This document shows positions 1 through 12,600 of a stretch of 64,000 nucleotides of DNA, piece after piece. Position 1 is the first letter of the stretch, and every line of letters begins with the position of its first letter. The notes under the pieces are model-generated. The model had not been told where the DNA came from, ran no database searches, and saw only the letters and a list, made by a program, of their open reading frames with translations. Position numbers and translations under genes: made by a program. The DNA comes from Rhina ancylostomus (lineage: Eukaryota), in NCBI GenBank assembly GCA_030265395.1, contig JARFYF010000054.1, positions 11,972,935-12,036,934 on the forward strand, in the 5' to 3' direction.

Positions 1-299
1 TGAAATCCTGTTTTCAGAAACCTAAACCTATTGATAAATTGAGAGCCGTTGAGAGCAGTGTTTGCTAATAATAATATTCATTCTCAAAATGAATGATATG
101 CACTTGCCAAAACTTAATAAAGTTGTCTTTGTAGAATCAGAGTTAAATCGTGATGATCAATGAGGTGAAGATATTTAAAGATATATTAAAATGCAATGTA
201 AAAACAGTAGATTTTATGTTAAGAAGAACTAAGTGATGGCCTGCAAATGATCCATTGTAATTGGGTGGGGTGGCAAAAAGACCCCTTAACACAAAGGCT

Positions 300-1260
300 A
301 CATTTGACTAATGATAGAACCAAGGAATCGCTCGAGACATTGAAGTCACTGAGAATCAAGGAAGAAATGGTTTCATTTCCTGGAGTCTTTCTTAACACAA
401 ACACATCCTGGGTGGTTGTGGAAGCCAGTCATTTCATTCCCATGACTTTGATGTAGGTGCTTCTCAGGGTACCGTCCTGGGTCAAATAATCTCCAGCTTC
501 TTCAATAACTTTGTCTTAGACAAAAATAGGATTGTTTGTTGCTGATTGTGCAGACTTCCATTCTGTTGCAACTCTGCAGATAACAAAACAGATCATTGCT
601 CTGTTCTGTACAAGTGCTTGGCAGTGAACATTTCCAAAATCAGTGAGAATCTAACCACCTCGTTAGGTTTTCAGTCACTTACCAGAAAGTTAACTGGAAC
701 ACTTATATTAATACACTGGCTACATCAGATTAGAGTTTGATTGCTCTGTGGTAATTCCCCAAAGTATTAACACCATCTGCAATATTTGTCTGGAGTGTGA
801 TAGAATGCTGTCCATTTGCCTGGATAAGTGCAATTCCAACAACACACAAGAAGCTCTACACCTTTCGGGACAAAGCAATTGTCAAATTTGTACCCTCTCC
901 TTCATCCTGAATGCCCCTTCCCTCCACCATTTGTACTGTGACTCAATGCACACAGCAACCTGAAAGTCTCTTTCAGCACATTCAAAAGCTGAAAACTCTA
1001 CCATGTAGAAGAACAGTGGTGTATAGAAAAGCTATACCTGGATATTCCCCTCTAAGTTATGTGTCACCTTGAAGTTAAAATATTTTGCTATTCATCCTCC
1101 CTTCCTGGGGCCAAGTACTGAACTCCCTATGAAGCAACACTGTGAGAAGACCACCTCCACAAGGGCGTCAGTGGTTCAAATAGGCAATTTACAATAGCTT
1201 CTTGAGGGCAGTTGAGGGTGGGCATTAATACTGGCCATGTCAACCATACACCCTGCAGAG
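300..1260 (+). mobile_element. Decayed CR1-clade LINE, 3' part (RT to tail)
   Basis: About 455-560 reads as degenerate GVPQGSVLG...FINDL...FADDC (ggtgcttctcagggtaccgtcctgggt, tttgttgctgattgt); ends in a gggcagttgagggtgggcattaatactggcc-type tail shared with the SINE at ~27340-27550; many stops. Boundaries approximate. Confidence 0.7.
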
Positions 1261-1942
1261 GAATTAGCCAGATTTCTATTCATTGAAACTAATGGTGTCA
1301 AATTTGATATGAAGTCTCAATTATTGAACCAAATTCAAAAATCATTTTGTTGTGATTAATGACTATTGAATTGGGCCAGGATAGGGGATCTTCCTTTGTT
1401 CCCTTTAAAATAGGATTTGTTATCCTCTTGTCAGATGTGTGTAGTCACTTGTGGAATCTGTTCTAGCAATGAACTAACAATCATAAATAATAGGTAATAG
1501 TCATTACTTGTGGAAAAAATAGCTTTTCAATGCATCATCTAAGTAATAACACCCATTAATATGTAGACTATATTGTGTAAATTGTACACAAACATCTGAT
1601 ATTTTAAGGTAGTGACTTCTTTAGCATGAGCAAATTTTGCTGTTTTCTTATTGTCATTATTCAGAGCTTAGATATTTGCTTATCCCTTGACTGTCAAAGG
1701 ATGGTACGATGATGTTGCTTTCTGGAGTGCAGTCTCTGTGTAAGTGAAAGGGGGCATCTTTTAAAATGTTATGGATTTAAACTGACACTGGGTACTTCTA
1801 GATGAAATTACATGCCTTAACTGGAGAGACTTATTGGTTTTGTTTGTAACACTGCAGAAAAATAAAACATTTGTGGCAGTTCTTCCAGCATAGGTTTGTG
1901 AACAGTGATGTTTGAAATAGTTTTATGAATTCTGTCTTTCAG

Positions 1943-2058
1943 TGCACATACTTTACTGACGCCAATTTCAGGAACCTCTGCATTGTCTTCAGTGGATAAA
2001 TATGCAGTCTTTAAAGACTTGACAGAAGACAAACCTGCAGAAAGTTCATCATTTGCAG
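1943..2058 (+). CDS. SYNRG: Synergin gamma internal coding exon A (116 nt): AHTLLTPISGTSALSSVDKYAVFKDLTEDKPAESSSFA
   Basis: tctgtctttcAG acceptor (1941-42), gcag|GTataa donor; resembles the mammalian SYNRG ALPSMDKYAVFKG segment; ends phase 1, compatible with the next exon. Upstream exons lie outside the window. Confidence 0.93.
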
Positions 2059-2369
2059 GTATAAAAGACTACCTTAAGGGATATCTGCATTTTTATTCTG
2101 AGCATTGGAAAAAATATAATAAATGGAATTCTACTCACAAATTACTGCGAATACAGATATGTATAAAGTAACATGCACTTATCCATTTATTTGCATTTTC
2201 AGCTATACAAATTAAGTTGCAATGCACATCAAAGATTTTTTTAAATCAAAAGCAAGTATGCTGTTATGTATGTGAATACATTTGCTAAATGCTTCTAGTC
2301 TCAAATTTCAATTTGACTTGTCAGGAAATGCCAGTTAAAGGTTACTCAGCTTTTGTTATCCCGTACGAT

Positions 2370-2506
2370 ATAATTGCTGGAGGAACTCAGTGGGTCATGA
2401 AGGTAATGATCAATGTTTCAGATCAAGACCCTGCATCAGGAGTTCTTCCAACAGCTTTTTGCTCCATTTTCCAGCATCTGCTGTCTCTTGTATCTCGATG
2501 CTATTT
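2370..2506. mobile_element. Penelope-derived short fold-back element
   Basis: tgctggaggaactcag...ccagcatctgctgtctcttg arms with a minus-strand CTGATGC-agggtcttgatct-GAAA core at ~2411-2442; same family as 5520-5820 and 31240-31390. Confidence 0.6.
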
Positions 2507-2699
2507 NNNNNNNNNNNNNNNNNNNNNNNNNNNNNNNNNNNNNNNNNNNNNNNNNNNNNNNNNNNNNNNNNNNNNNNNNNNNNNNNNNNNNNNNNNNNNN
2601 NNNNNNTGCTGTCTCTTGTATCTCCATGCTATTTAGTAGATCCAATTCTTTCATTTTCTTTTGGAATGGGCAATGCCTTGTTTTTCCTACTCAGTGTTC

Positions 2700-4660
2700 C
2701 AGGTCATTCTGCCACCTAACCAATTTGTTTGCCAAAAGGCATTCGAGAGGTGTCTGGTAAATGTGATATCTAACAAGGAGATAGGGAAAGAAATTGAACT
2801 CGTATAGTACCTATCATGACCTGATTGCTGTTTTACTTTTTTTGTTAAATTTGGCCATTCATGTAAAGTAATGCATCATGAACTAGCTGCTCATGAACAT
2901 CTAGAAACCAAATTAGGAAGCAGAGTCTCTAACCTAATCTCTACTTTTACTTGAGCTGCATGCAAATAAGCATGGGGCAAATTAGGTTAGGGAAAAGAAC
3001 ATGTAGCTCAAGAGCCTGGTCTGTTCAAAGTCGGTTCAGATTCTTGGGATGCTGACATCTGTAATGGGAAAAGTGGGAGCTGAACCATTAAGCTAGTCTA
3101 TACCTGAACCATGCTGGGACCTGTATTGCAGTGACCCACATAACTAGAGAGATGATTTTAATTGAAATAGAGGAGTCAAGGAGTCAAAGTTGGAAAATAA
3201 CAGGAAACCAAAGAGTAGAGACGAGCTGAGAGAGAAATAGATTAATATAGGAAATGTTAAGCGGACTATGACAGGAAGGGATCGAGGGTACAAATCTAAG
3301 AGTAAACCAGCATATAGAAGGCTAGTGTTTGCAATAAAGACAAAATGTATCTGAGTGCATGTGGCATTTGAAACAAACCAGATGAGCCAAGAGCATAAAA
3401 GGAAATAAATATGATCTGGGAATCATAACCAAGATGGGACGATACAGATATTAAAAGCTATATGACATTCAGGAAGGAGAAGAAGCAAGGAGGAGATGGA
3501 AGAGTGACTCTGTTAATTAATGATGGTCTTAGTGCAAAAGAGCAGGATGACCCAAGTTCCGGAAAAGAGTTTGATGGAGATGAGAAATAATAAAAAGCAG
3601 GAAGATACAGACCCACATCAGAGCAGAAAATAAAAGTAGAAATAACAGGAGCTTGTCAGTAAGGTATGGAGGTAATCAGGATGGATTTTAATCTATATAT
3701 GGAATGGAGATAGTATCAAACTTAAAGTTAAAAATAGTATCATCCTTAAGAAGCATATGATTGTGCAATGGTGGTTGGCAGGTCAGAAGGTTGGATCAAA
3801 TCTTAAAAACAGCAAGAATGACTAAAATATTAATAAGGAAGGAAAACTTAGAGTACAAGGCAAAGTTAGCTAGAGACTTGGATTGTCGGAACTTCTATGG
3901 AAGTAGCTTTTAATCAAATATTGGAAGGGAGAAAGGAACTCTTGGAAAATTACTATCATGAGGGAAGTGATAACTCAGGCTGATGAGTCTCCAAGTCCTG
4001 ATAGACTTCATCCTAGAAATGGCTAATGAGAGATTTGATGTATTGGTTTTAATTTTGCAAACTTCACTAGATTTGGAAAAGGTTCTATTGGACTGGAAAA
4101 GAGTGATGTAACCCCTTTATTCAGGGAGGAAGACAGAAAGCAGAAAACTACAGGCCTGTTTGCTTAACATCTGTCAAAGGGAACATGTTAGAAGGTATTA
4201 TTTAGTACTTAGAAAAATTCAAGGCAAGGTCACTGTTTATTTTTGAATATAATATCTTGTTTGACCAATTTATTGAAGTTTCTTAAAGAAGTAATGTGCT
4301 GTGGATTATCTATACTTAGATTTCCAAAAGGCATTTGATAAGGTGCTGCATCAGAAGTTATTGTGGAAGATAAAAAGTTATGTAGGAGATAACATATTGG
4401 TGTGGGTAGAAGATTAGCTGACTTAACAGGAAACAGAGTAGGCATATCTGGTATAGTTGCTGAATTTTGATAACAAAAATAGTTAGAAAAGCAAGCTAAC
4501 AAAAAAGCAAGCTGTGAAAAGAACGTAAGGAGGCTACAAAGGTATAGAGATAGGTTAAGTGAGTGGGCAGAGATCTGGCAAATTAAGTATATGGGAAAAT
4601 GAAATTATTCATTTTGTCAAGAAAAATAAATTGAAGCCTATCATGTAACTGTTGAGAGAT
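2700..4660 (+). mobile_element. Internally deleted, decayed CR1 LINE (ORF1 esterase remnant, endonuclease, RT)
   Basis: ggttcagattcttgg...ctatacctgaaccatgctgggacc (GFRFLG..GLHLNHAGT-like) at ~3030-3120; SPSPDRLHPR at ~3988-4017; NYRPVCLTSV at ~4146-4176; SCLTNLL and YLDFQKAFDKV at ~4255-4345. Frameshifted and stop-ridden. Confidence 0.88.
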
Positions 4661-4669
4661 TACAAAGGG

Positions 4670-4850
4670 ACAACAAGTAAAACTGCAGATGCTGGAATCT
4701 AAAGCAAAAGTAGAAATGCTAGAAGAACTCAACTAGTCAAGCAGTATCCACAGAAAGAAAACCCAGTCAAAGGTTTGGGATCAGTGAACCTTCTTCAGAA
4801 GAGTGAGAAGAGTGAAAGTTTTACGGTTTTCAGAGTAGAACTATTTTTCT
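4670..4850 (-). mobile_element. Penelope pseudo-LTR-derived repeat with decayed hammerhead-like core
   Basis: actgcagatgctggaatct...aatgctagaagaactc...; the minus strand reads CTGAAGA-aggttcactgatcc-CAAA near 4775-4798. Confidence 0.7.
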
Positions 4851-4891
4851 GTAGCTGAGGGGAAAAAATGACTATGTTTGAACTTTTTTAG

Positions 4892-4954
4892 ATTTTGGTG
4901 ATAAATACAGTGTGTTTCGGGAGCTTGGTCAGAGCACAGAGAGCAAATCCTCAG
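4892..4954 (+). CDS. SYNRG: Synergin gamma exon B (63 nt): DFGDKYSVFRELGQSTESKSS
   Basis: ttttttAG acceptor, tcag|GTgagt donor, phase 1-1; resembles mammalian DPGDKYSAFRELEQ. Confidence 0.95.
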
Positions 4955-5519
4955 GTGAGTAGACATTGAACACTACATATAACCACCCTTGCATGTAATA
5001 GCTAAGGCTATTCCTTTTATCCTAAGAGTAAGCTGAGTGTAAATTGTGAATTATGTACGTAAAGTATGTAGACTTGCTTGTCACTCTACTATTCCTTTCT
5101 CAAATGGTTCTTCTCCAAGTTCATGCCTCATCAAGTTTGTTTACAGGATGGTCCAGATTGTGACCAACATTGAGATCAATCTAGAAGCCTCTGTGTTCAT
5201 TGCAGTGACCAGGTTGCAAAGAGATACTCACCTGGTCACAAGGAACCAAGTTGGTTTAAAATGGTGCAGAGTCACAAACAAGTGAAAATATATTGAATGA
5301 ACTAGTAAAATGCAGAATGTTGCATAGATATTAGTTGATTAAGCAGTTCTCTTTATATTTGATTTTTTTTTAATTTGTGCATTTATTTCTCGTTGCAGTT
5401 AAATTTGCTATAATATTTCTGCTTGCCAGCTTTGTTTTGAAAGGAAATTGAGGGAAATGGGTATGTTATTTGATATTCCAAAGTACTATGCCAGATAATG
5501 GCCTGAAAAAAACATAATG

Positions 5520-5820
5520 AACAACTCGGCCCTTCCACCTATCACCTCCCAGCTTCTTGCATCATTCACATTCTCCCTCTCTCCCAATTGCCTATCTTCC
5601 CCCTCTCATCTGGATTCATCTATCACCTGCCAGCTCTTGCTCCACCCCCCTCCTCCTACCCTCTTATACTGACTTCTCCCCTCTTCCCAGTCCTGATGAA
5701 GTGTCTCTGAAACATCAACTGTTTATTTCCCTCCATAGATGCTGCCTGACCCGCTAAGTTCCTCCAGCATTTTGTGTGTTGCTTCAGATTTCCAACATCT
5801 GCAGTCTTTCTTGCATATCC
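5520..5820 (+). mobile_element. Penelope pseudo-LTR-derived repeat with hammerhead-like core
   Basis: Pyrimidine-rich ccacctatcacctcccagc... then cagtc-CTGATGA-agtgtctct-GAAA-catc-aactg (5688-5721), then gatgctgcctgacc...catctgcagt. Confidence 0.8.
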
Positions 5821-6879
5821 GTAATAAAACAACATGTTCCTTACCATGTTGTTCTCTTACTGCTTTCTCTGCATTGACCATGAAATCAGGGAGGGAGGAG
5901 AAAAGATGCAGAACTGAAATGCTCCTGTCCAGAATGAAAAGAACAACCTTGGACTGAATTTTGCAAAGTTCTATTATGTTTCTCTCTATCTGGCTTCCAA
6001 CTTTCTTTCAACGACCAGTGAAAAGGTTGCCTTATTTATCTTTTTCAGTTGGGGATTAATGTGAAGATGACACTTTCAAACACAATAACTGATTACTTCT
6101 CTATAATCACATTAACTAAATACCCTTTGAGAAAAGAAAACCTGAAATAGATGGACATTTTTTTGGAAGGGAAAGTTGGACAATTAATTAATCTGAACTG
6201 AAATAGCCCCAGGTTGTGATTTGTTTCCAATCTGACTATTGTAGCATTGTCATATAGCAACTTTTTAAAAATTAAAATAAACTAGTTGGTATGGTATGGG
6301 CCCAAAGAATTACTAGCAGGAATAATAAGTGTACTCTGAATTTAGCAAAGACAGAAGTTCAAAGATCTGGTACTTTTAAAGTAGTTTCTATTTTTACCCT
6401 CAACCCCACTTTTAGTGGACACGGGGTCATCGCCCGTTGACGATGTGTGACTGCAGCCACCTTGATACTTCAGCAGTATTCTAGTGAATCACTGAGCTAG
6501 TGTTGAGAAGGGTTACAGGTTCACTTAGTGAATATAAGACAAGCTGGCACTTGGGGACTGTTGGCTAGTGTCCTTCACTTGGGGGCGGGGGCAGGGGGTG
6601 TGGGAGACAAAATCAGTTTCACTATACAGTGATCCCTGCTGGATATATCTATGTGAATGAAGGGGGAAGTCTAGGTTTTGATATTTTCATTAGTTTTATC
6701 ATTTCATTGAAACCTGGAACCAAACAACTTTTTTTAGAAAGAGAACTGATGAAAAGCTGTGGCAGAACTTTTGTATTTTTATTTCACTACTTAAGTCTTC
6801 TATAAAAACCATTTATATTGGAGACTTATTATCTTGCATGGTATGTCTGTTTTGAACTGAAAGTCTAAGTGTTAATCTA

Positions 6880-7270
6880 CATAAGCAAGGTGATCCTGAG
6901 TTCTTCTATCCATACATATCCTTACTCCTTTTCAGTCATCACAGCTGTGTTTTCAAATCAGCAGTCGTCAACCCCTGGTCATTCAATGCCTCACTTTTAA
7001 AGTTCTCATTCTTTGTGTAATAAATCCATGATGGCCTTGCCCCTCACAATCTCTGTAACTTCCTCCAAGGTATCCACACTCCAACGTTTCTTGCTTCCTC
7101 CACATCCTCTACTGCAATTGCCCTACCAGTGGCAGCTGTGCCTTTAGCTGCCAGGACCCTAAACTCTGGAATTCCCTTGCTAAGTCTCTCAATTTGACTA
7201 TTCTTTTATGATTCAATGGCAAACTCCGTTTAATGCAAAACTCCTGGAAAGTTACAACTGAAAGCTACTA
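6880..7270 (+). mobile_element. Old L2/CR1-group LINE 3' fragment
   Basis: ggccttgcccctcacaatctctgtaacttcctcc...gtgcctttagctgccaggaccctaaactctggaattccct; similar fragments at ~35230-35490 and ~57960-58190. Confidence 0.6.
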
Positions 7271-7886
7271 TACAAACACATGTTACTGTTGCCATGGTGA
7301 GAAAAGTGGGAGAGAAAGTGAAATTCACTTGGCTAGGCCTAGGGAGTTGATGCTTGTTCTGAAATACAGTTGTGTGAATTGGTTAAGAATGCAACTTTTT
7401 TAATCCTACTTTAGAAGGGTCTTTATAACATTTCCAGGTAATAAAATGAAAAAAAAACACATTTAAATGAGTCTTTTTCTTGAAAAGACCAACTTTTGCC
7501 AATCAGACCATGTGCCTTCATTTTGTGCGTGGACTGAATAGAAAGTAGCAAAATGCCATATGTGCCATGGGAATATCCAGACTTTTGCCCATCATAGCTG
7601 GGTTAAAACTCTCACTTTCTTTTTTCCAGATTTACAAAATGGCCCTAATTTGGGTCATTTGGGTATTTAAATTTGGTTCGGTGATCATCCCTCTTCCCTA
7701 CAATGAGAAATTAAATGGTGGTATGTTCTAAGTAGGATTTTACTTGGCACTGCATGCTTGGTATGGGTTGGTGCTTTGGTCTTAGTTAACTTGGAAATGT
7801 TTGTGCTTGTGTGCTGTGAAAAGTGGAACATAGAATTCCATTCTTAACTGCTGGTATTTTGTCACTGAAAAGATTTATGTTTGCAG

Positions 7887-8855
7887 GGGAGGGCTTTGCA
7901 GAATTCAAGTCACCGGGAAATGATGATGGATTCACGGACTTCAAAACTGCAGACAGCATTTCACCAGTAGACTCTTCAGAGCAAGCAAAGACATTCACAA
8001 CAGCTTTTCCTCCTATGCCATTTCTTCCACAACTACAACCTGTAACACAACCTAAAGACACTTTCAGTCTCACAGACCTTTTTAACTCTGTCAGTTCTTC
8101 TGGAGAGAACAAATCTGTATCATTTCCATCAGTTTCTGTGACATCATCCATTACATCATCTGTGTGTATTGCACCGTCATTGCCATCATCACTCTCATCC
8201 GGTACTTTTTCCTCATCTGGTAGCAGGACTGTTGGCGGAATTGATGACTTTGGAGACTTCAGTCTTTTTGGCATTGCATCCAGTACTACTACAGGTGGGG
8301 AATGGGGTNNNNNNNNNNNNNNNNNNNNNNNNNNNTTTGGCACTACTGGATCCTCTGAACAAAAGTCAAATGATAAGTACAGTGTATTCAGGCAGGAGAA
8401 GAATGATGGCTTCACAACATCTTTTGATGCCTCACTTGGCATAGCAGAACAGCCTCCAGCCTCCACTGTAGACAAGTATGATGTCTTTAAACAGTTACCT
8501 GAGGAAGGGTCTGTGATGGGCTTTGAGGAGCAAAAAGACAGCACCTCTCTTTCACAAGGGAAGAATGACGATGACTTTCCAATTGCCAAGTTGCCCCACA
8601 CATTTGGCACCTCCGATAAGGCTTTCCTGGATAAACTTTCTGCTTTTAAGCAAACAAAAGAGGACTCTGCTTCTGTGAAATCTTTGGACCTTCCTTCTAT
8701 TGGTGGGAGCAGTATTGGTAAAGAGGACTCAGAAGATGCCTTATCTGCTCAGTTTGACATGAAGTCAGCTGAGGTTGGTGGTGATCTGAAGCATGTATTG
8801 TCAGACAGCTCGCTGGATTTGCCACCTGTCATTGGTCAGCCACCTCCTGTTACAG
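7887..8855 (+). CDS. SYNRG: Synergin gamma large exon C (969 nt) with gamma-adaptin-ear-binding motifs; 27 Ns at 8309-8335 keep the frame
   Basis: tttgcAG acceptor, acag|GTgagg donor, phase 1-1; encodes GEGFAEFK..DDGFTDFKTADS, DDFGDF and KEDSASVKSLDLPSIGGSSIGKEDSEDALSAQFDMK..GGDLKHVLSDSSLDLP, nearly identical to mammalian SYNRG. Confidence 0.98.
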
Positions 8856-11759
8856 GTGAGGAAATGGTTCGATTGATCTGGTAAATACATCCATATCAAT
8901 TACATACTGCAGTTACCTTTCTATAATACCGCACCAGTGAATTACCATTTACATATGTAGCTGTCCATTCTGTATAATCATCACTGTTGGGAATTGTATT
9001 GAGTGCCACTGTTTGCAGTGGTGTTAAACACAATGGGAAAAATCCAACTGATGCCCTTGATTTAGAGATATCACCGAGTAATTGTTTTGATGTACCTACT
9101 TTTACTCTATTGCCATCAATGTATTGTTGTGCCAACATTGTTACTGCATTATATTTTTCCATCAGGAGTGTAACAGTATTCAATCAGTATGTGGAATGGC
9201 ACAAATGTTGCTCGACATCTATATTTTCAGGTCATTCATTATAATCCCAGAGAGAGCGACAATTAGTCAAGTTGGATGGCAATTGTTAGTTATTTTCTTT
9301 CCACCTTTTAGACTGCCATTTCAAATTTATGTTTCTATTTCATTTTTAACACCATATTCAATAGCAATTGCTTGTACAAAAAAGAACATGGTGCCTTAAC
9401 GTGGTGCCTAGTTTTAACCAATTTTCTTACAAGGTTACAAATTATTCCTTTAATTATTGTGAAGGGGCACCATTATTGAAGATAAACAATGTTTTTATTT
9501 ATGGAAAACCATTTAAAGATGGTTTCAAAAATTTGACTTGGTAAAGTGCTTTAGACTTCCTTTGGTATGTTAATGTTTGTGCACAACCTGAGTTTGCCAT
9601 GCTTAAGTATAGGACAGCATTAAAATAATTATCTATAGTTTCTTCAACTGATAGCAAGACAAAGGGGATAAATGCGCCAGTAACATATAAATAATTCTAT
9701 GAACAAAAATGACTGCTCAAAAAAAAAATGAAAGTAGTAATTGGTGATTTAGAGAGGATTTCCAGGTCAATTGTCTGACTCAATGATTGTCCAGAAGAGA
9801 AGTCATTTTAAAAACAGAATGCAACATTTTTCTCCTTCATAGCCTAAATAATTACTCTTCATTTACTCGTGGATGGCATAAATAATGTACCAAAAATTAA
9901 ATATTGTCCGCTTCACAATCTATCCATACAACACTGACATACCAGACTAGGTTTAATGAGTGTCAATAATGGCGGTACATATTAAGAGGTGGTGTGCTTC
10001 TGTACTAATTGTATGTGACATTTAAAGAATCAGAAAGCCAGAAATTCGGCTGAACAGAGACTAATAATTTTTCAAATAATTTGTCATGGTTAAGAGACTG
10101 ATCTGGGAGCAATGCCTGTAAAGTGCCCTCTAATGCCCATGGAAATTGCAACTGTTTTCTTTCAGGGTGCAAAGTGAAAATATTTTATAGTGGGACAATG
10201 TTGGCAAAATACTATTAGTATTTGCAGTGTATTGAAGAGTTCTTCAATTTTTTTCAATTTGCACGTCAACATTTTTTCAATTTACAATTCATGTCGAAGA
10301 TGCACTGCGGCTAAGTTATACTTGTATGTGGACCTATCATAATTAATGGAATTGTTAATGTTTACTTCAAAATATTTTGGAGAGATCTGAAATGCAGCTT
10401 TAGCTGTAATCAAGTAGATTTACAGGCCCTGGGCTGTTGTCACAGCATTAGGTAAAACTGAATGCAGTGTATGTATTCATTGCATTGTAATGTTTAACCT
10501 ATGGTGGTGCCACAAAAAATTGTTTGGATACTAACAATCGGGCACTTATTCAGTTGGTGTTGTGGGGCCATGGTACATATAAGTCAGCTACAAAACTACA
10601 TTTTTCTACATTTCATAATTAATTGGCTTTGGAACGACCTGAGGGCATGAAGATGTTGATTGTTCAAATGCATGCTCTTTATTTAAATGGGATCATTTTT
10701 TAAAAAAGAAAATCCTTTCTTAAAATACACTGATGGGGAGATGGACTGAAGATGACATTCCAGCACTCCAGAGTTATTGTTAGACTGGTGCTTGGATTTT
10801 GGCAAATGCAGCTCAGTGTCATAGTTTCTGCCTCTTGCATTGGACAACTGATCTCAAGTTGAACAGTGGCACTAAAGACCAGTTTTAAAAGATGGAGCCA
10901 CATCATTCTTAGATTTTTTTTAATACTGAAATAAAAGCCAGCTATGGTGGGATGATTTATCTTCTACACCTTGCTGACAACTTCAAAAGTGCCTCAATCT
11001 CATAATTTATCTGTATTGTAGTCGCAGGTANNNNNNNNNNNNNNNNNNNNNNNNNAATTGTGGCAGCTTGATAATGTTTCTGCTTGATTTTCTTTTAGCA
11101 CTATTTTGCTAATATTCAGCAATGTTTACTTTAACAGGCCCTTTTAAGTGTTTGTTGCATTGACTGGTCTTTGTTATCCTGAAGCAATATTTGGTTTTAT
11201 TAAATGAACCTTAACTATTATTTAGAAACTAAAAGCAAATGTTTAATGTAGTGACCAAAGAAGTTTGGAGCCAAGATCTTGTAGCTGGAGGTACTGTTAA
11301 GATGGAGAGCCTCAATACTTTACAATAAATAGAACTACTTTTAATCAGCTATTTAAAAAAAAGCTTTTAAAATAGAAATGGAAGGCATTTCTTTTGAAAG
11401 TCAATCAAGTAGCTTTTGAAAATTGTAATTCTGATAAGGAGTATGAAAATCAGTTCAGTTGCTTCTTGCAGTATGTTAAGCACAATGGAAAAATATCTAT
11501 AGTGTTCTGTATGGTACAGTTTAAAGTTGAGCTTAAATTCATACCCTTTTGTTGGATGTAATGCATCAGTGTAAGCTTTTCTTTGGATATCTTTTGTACT
11601 TTGTAATAGTTCTAGTATTATGCTTATATACTACTGTACATTTGGCCATTTGGAAAAAAAATGTGCAGATTTTTGTGTTGCAGAATGACTAATGAGGTTT
11701 GTTCATCAACATTTTTCTTATTCACTTTGTTTAGTCCAGCTTAGTGCTAGATTTTGCTT

Positions 11760-12600
11760 TAAAAACAAAAAATGCTGTAAATGCACACAGGTCAAGCAAT
11801 ATCTGTGAGTTAATCTCAGGTTAATGACCTTTCATCAGAATTAGGGAAAAATTCATTATTGAATGTATTTTGTTGTAGAGAAGAGGGAGGGTTGGAAAGA
11901 ACAAAATGAATGATAGAGAGGAGACTGACAAAATGAGCTGATGCTGGCAGAGAGAGGATGGTGAATCACATTTGATCTGTCTGAAAGAAACAGGTATAGA
12001 AGGACATCAGTGAGAGGAAAATAAAAGAATGCTGTAACTGTGAAATATTGCAGTTGCAGGAAATCTTAAAAAAAAGGAAAGAGAATCTTGGAATTACCCA
12101 GCAGGGCAGGTAGCACCTGTGGAGAGGGAAAAGCTAAGTTAATGTTACAGATTTGGTGATCTTTGATCGGAATTGCCTAGTTCAGATACAAACTGAAAAG
12201 GCTGGTTATCTGAGTTGTTAAATTCAGTGTTGAGTCATTGAGGGCCATTATGTGCCCATCAGAGGTTGAGATGCTGTTCCTCAAGTTTAGGTTGAGCCAA
12301 TGCAACTGTGTAAGAGGCCAAAGATGCAAGGGTCAGAGTGGGAGTGAGATGCAGAGTTAAAGTGACAGGCAACTAAAAGCTCTGCTTCAACTTTGCAAAC
12401 TGACCAGAGGTGCTCTGCTGAGTAGTCACCCAATAAGTATATAGTTTACTCATTATGAAGGAAACCACATTCTGAGCACTGAGTGCACTATACTAAATTA
12501 AGTTCTGTTTCACATGGAAAGTGTATTTGGGTCATAGGATAGTGGGAAGACAAAGGGCTAGTCTTGCATCTCTTGTGGTTGCATGAAAAAGTGTCATGAG
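11760..12600 (-). mobile_element. Penelope-like element 3' fragment (GIY-YIG endonuclease relic plus pseudo-LTR)
   Basis: Minus strand gives NLV.C..CS.CG, AEHL, PVT..FNS, KLEEQHL and LNTEFNN..* (stop ~12206-12208), followed by two decayed hammerhead-like cores (~12135-12175, 11807-11842). Confidence 0.82.

Noticed and set aside
2479-2634. 28-bp direct repeat flanking a 100-N gap, resembling a target-site duplication
   Set aside because: Overlapping contig ends (one mismatch, likely allelic) around a placeholder gap; assembly artefact.
5205-5239. 10-bp perfect hairpin gtgaccaggt/acctggtcac
   Set aside because: One or two such isolated hairpins are expected by chance in 64 kb; too short for a pre-miRNA.
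7786-8610. 274-aa minus-strand ORF
   Set aside because: Antisense shadow of SYNRG exon C; no domain or independent gene structure.
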